A model generated the notes under the pieces. That model had not been told where the DNA came from. It was given only the letters and a program-made list of their open reading frames with translations, and searched no databases. The position numbers were made by a program, and so were the translations under genes. A stretch of DNA of 64,000 nt from Sphaerodactylus townsendi (Eukaryota), in contig NC_059425.1 of the NCBI RefSeq assembly GCF_021028975.2, positions 149,916,001 to 149,980,000 of the forward strand. Reading direction: 5' to 3'. How positions within the stretch are numbered: position 1 is the stretch's first letter; each line of letters begins with the position of its first letter. This document shows, one piece after another, positions 60,695 through 64,000 of the stretch.

Positions 60695-61414
60695 GCCTGG
60701 TTCACCTGCAACACCTTGCTCATTGCTAACTTGAACGTCCCTTGGTCCTGTTGGTGTGAGACACGATATATCGTCTCCTACTGGGTTTCTGTGCTGGCGT
60801 GGAATCCCTGCCTTCTACTACTTCGTGTGCTCCTTAAGATCGTTAGGTAACGTATCACCCTGCTGCTTCCCAACTTCCTCTCTATCCTCCCACCTACTTT
60901 TCCAACCTTTCTATATATTAGGAACTTGTATGTATGTGCTCTTATGCCTTGCTGTATGTATGCTTTTGAAACCAAATTTATATAAATATTTTAAAACTTA
61001 ATTTGGACTCTTGTATTACTCTGCGGAACGCTCCTTGCCATCCATTCCCTGTATACATAGTCTAAAATATCCCCTCCTAGCAATCTCTCATTGCCAAGTC
61101 GAGTTATTTCCCCATTGCTACTTTAAAACATATGTGTGCTGTTACACTCTTAGCAGCTGGTGGAGATTCCTTAGTAATAAGTTCACAACCCCTGTTAAGC
61201 TAGGTAACAGCTATTTCAAGTCATCCTGGGCACCCGCGTAAGCCATATGTAACTGTTGAAACAAAAGATAATCGCTATCAAAGATTAGTGTTTAATTCTC
61301 AGATTTTGAAATGCCATTTGTGAACTGCTGAACTTGTGGAATATTTGTTTGCATTGCCTTGGTGACCTGCACAATTTTTGCCTTATATTGCAGAATTTCT
61401 GTTGCTTTAAAACC

Positions 61415-63866
61415 ATGGCTGAGAAACCTAAACTTTACTATTTTAATGGAAGGGGAAGAATGGAATCCATTCGCTGGCTCTTGGCAGCAGCTGGTGTTGA
61501 GGTTTGCAACTTTTTTAATAGGGAAATTCATATAGATGGTTTGGTAGAATAAATGCCTACATTATAATGTCGTTTTTATTTCTAGGTGGGGGAAAACTGG
61601 ATATGACTATGGGCAGGAGGACCAGGTGTATTTATGTAGGTGAACGCATGTGGGCTGGTGCTCTTCCTGGTTTCAATATCTGAAGTGACCTTCATTGGGA
61701 GAAAAGTGCAAACAGCAGCAAAGGTAGTAAAATTAGGTAGGGGAGGAAGCAGAACTTAGCTATGTTCCCTTTTGGCTTCAAAAGGGGGGGGGACCTGCAA
61801 GCCACCCCTTTCTCAATTTAGAGGTACATATTCTCCCCTATCACATTTGACATGACTCAGTGGTTTGTTTTTAACTTCACCAGAATATCTGTGAGACCTA
61901 TAAATCTCATACATGGAGAGAGTCAGCATGGTGCAGCAGTTAAGCATGGTGGATTCTAATCTGGAAAACTGGTTCTGTTTTCCCTGTTCTTCCACATGAA
62001 GCCTGCTGAGTGACGTTTAGGCCAGTCACAGCTCCATCTAGCTCACAAAGTGCTTTTTGTGGGGAGGGGAAGGGATTGTGATTGTAAACTGGTTTGAGAT
62101 TCCGTAAAGGTAGAGAAAAGCAGGGTATAAAAACCAATTCCTTCTCCTCCTCTAGTGTAAACTCCTTAACTGTTTAAAACAAGGGTCTGCAACTTGCGGC
62201 TCTCCAGATGTTCATGGACTACAATTCCCATCAGCTCCTGCCACCATGGCCAATTGGTTTAAACCCCTAGTTTAAAATGTTCAGAGGATGACAACAAAGT
62301 CAAGAACAGGGTTCAAGAGAATGTCACATTCTGACTGATGTGCTACAATCTTTCACTATTTAACTTTCACTATTTAACTTTTACTATTTAATTATTTAAC
62401 TTCTAAAAAAGAGAAGTTGAGCCCATCTGGAAATCATATTGTCTGAATTAGAACATTTCTATCTAACGCCAAAGATGTGGCACAGAGAAAATGATGATTC
62501 ATTGTTGAGGAGGAAATATTCTGCATTCCAGAACCAGCTGTAGTTTTTAGCCAAAAGGCTACAAGTGCACAGTCATTTCGGCTACCTCCTTCTGTAGTCC
62601 TCCTTTAAGTATCACTTTTATGAAAGAAATAGATTCTGAAAGCTGCAAGTGAAGCTTCTACATGTGAACAGAAATACTAATTTTATGCTAAAGCAGAAAA
62701 TCTTTTCCTCTCTCTTTGTCATACATATGCATATATGTATTTGGAATCTCTTTTTTATTTTAAACAAGTAATGTGCTGCAGACACACACTCACATATACC
62801 CTAAAAACAACAAATAGATATAATTAAAGCCTGGTTATACCTACTTGGGTCAGATAATGTTGCTGTAGTAACAGGTAAATCACCTGCTATATTATTAGGT
62901 GGGTTGCATTAACCCAGTGGTGGGATCCAAAAATTTTAGTAACAGGTTCCCATGGTGGTGGGATTCAAACTGTGGCGTAGCACCAATGGTGCTGGGCGTG
63001 GCACGGCGGGGGCGTGGCAGGGCATTCCGGGGAAGGGGAATTCCTGGGCGGGCTGTCGCAAGAACACAGCCGCTGTGCTGGTCCTTGGGTGGGAAACAAA
63101 TGTACGCAGGCGTAGGCTGCCACGCACGCCGGTGCACCTCCTGCTAGACTGCTTCAAGTTCTGCGCGCTACTGCTGAGAGGAGGGGCGTAACTAAGGCAA
63201 AAATCACGTGGCAAAATCACCAATTACTAACCCCCTCTCGGCACACACAAATAATTAGTAATCTACTCTCGGGAACCTGTGAGAACCTGCTGGATCCCAC
63301 CTCTGCATTAACCTATCGTGCTGCTCACACCACATTGACATACAACTACGTCGAACTGAATTTTGGTGGCATGGTGTGAAACTGGGTGCCCCTTGAGGCA
63401 ATCCACACAGCAACTACAACAGAAATCTATTTATTTATTCAGTGCATTTCTAGGCCCCCATTCCAGGAGTCTATCAATCTGTTATGCAATCTGTCGATAT
63501 TTATCAGGAAAAACACATTTACATCTTTCTTATTTTCTTAAAATAAGAACAGAATACATTTGGGGGGTGCTTAGTGCTTAGGAAACAGAGAGTTCCTCCA
63601 GCAGGTGCTGCTCTTTGTAAAGCTCTACAGCAACTGGCTATATTTACTCAGTCAACATTCCTGATACAGAACAATGCGTTTGTGCTCCACCTAGTGCAGA
63701 GGCACGCCTTCTATTCTGTGGTTTCACTGTGTAAGGTTTTGTTTTTTTAATAAATCAGTCACAAAAGCTTTTGCTTGTATGTAACATATCTACATAATTT
63801 CTCTCCCTATTCAGTTTGAAGAAGAGTTTTTGGAAACTAGAGAGCAGTTTGAAAACTTGTTAAAAG
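61415..63866 (+). CDS. Second alpha-class GST, partial: join(61415-61501,63815-63866); continues beyond the window
   Basis: [29 protein letters not shown] / [17 protein letters not shown]; 87- and 52-bp exons with GT-AG flanks. Confidence 0.93.
61914..62151 (+). mobile_element. Older tRNA-derived SINE (Squam3-like)
   Basis: Diverged copy of the 14231 family. Confidence 0.65.
62180..62269. mobile_element. Half-deleted hairpin hAT MITE
   Basis: Left arm intact up to the central TGGCCAATTGG; TSD GTTTAAAA on both sides. Confidence 0.75.
62915..63305. mobile_element. hAT element (CAGTGGTGGGATCC family, longer form)
   Basis: TIRs CAGTGGTGGGATCCA/TGGATCCCACCTCTG; perfect TSD CATTAACC. Confidence 0.9.
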
Positions 63867-64000
63867 GTAAGAATTCAGACCCAGATGGGATATACAGGAT
63901 AGGGCAGAATCATGCTCTCCAGCGATTAAAAAGCCCTCACTGTGTGCAGGTGTGACCTGAATAACAGCCAAAGTTCTGGGCTGGCATCATCTTTTTCCTC

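Overview
Vertebrate genomic DNA; the repeat content (CR1, L2-tailed tRNA SINEs, BovB-like RTE, Penelope, many hAT MITEs) suggests a squamate, probably a gecko. The window covers the conserved FBXO9 <-> CILK1 (ICK) -> GSTA-cluster locus. It holds the probable ATG-ending first exon of FBXO9 (minus strand) on a CpG-island bidirectional promoter, a complete 13-coding-exon CILK1 (625 aa), a complete 229-aa alpha-class GST (chicken GST CL-3/GSTA4-like, with a GC-AG intron), and the first two coding exons of a second GSTA. The standout is in the CILK1 intron after the first coding exon (7633-12259, minus strand). There an internally deleted BEL/Pao LTR retrotransposon carries an intronless, internally deleted copy of the host gene ASB14, joined to the integrase C-terminus. 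The join is one nucleotide away from an in-frame integrase-ankyrin fusion, and the SOCS box appears to be missing. Other notable items: a candidate unannotated 75-bp frame-preserving CILK1 exon, hAT MITEs carrying the ZNF143-type motif found in the promoter, and tandem CTCF motifs between the GSTA paralogues. All protein identifications come from recalled sequences, not database searches.
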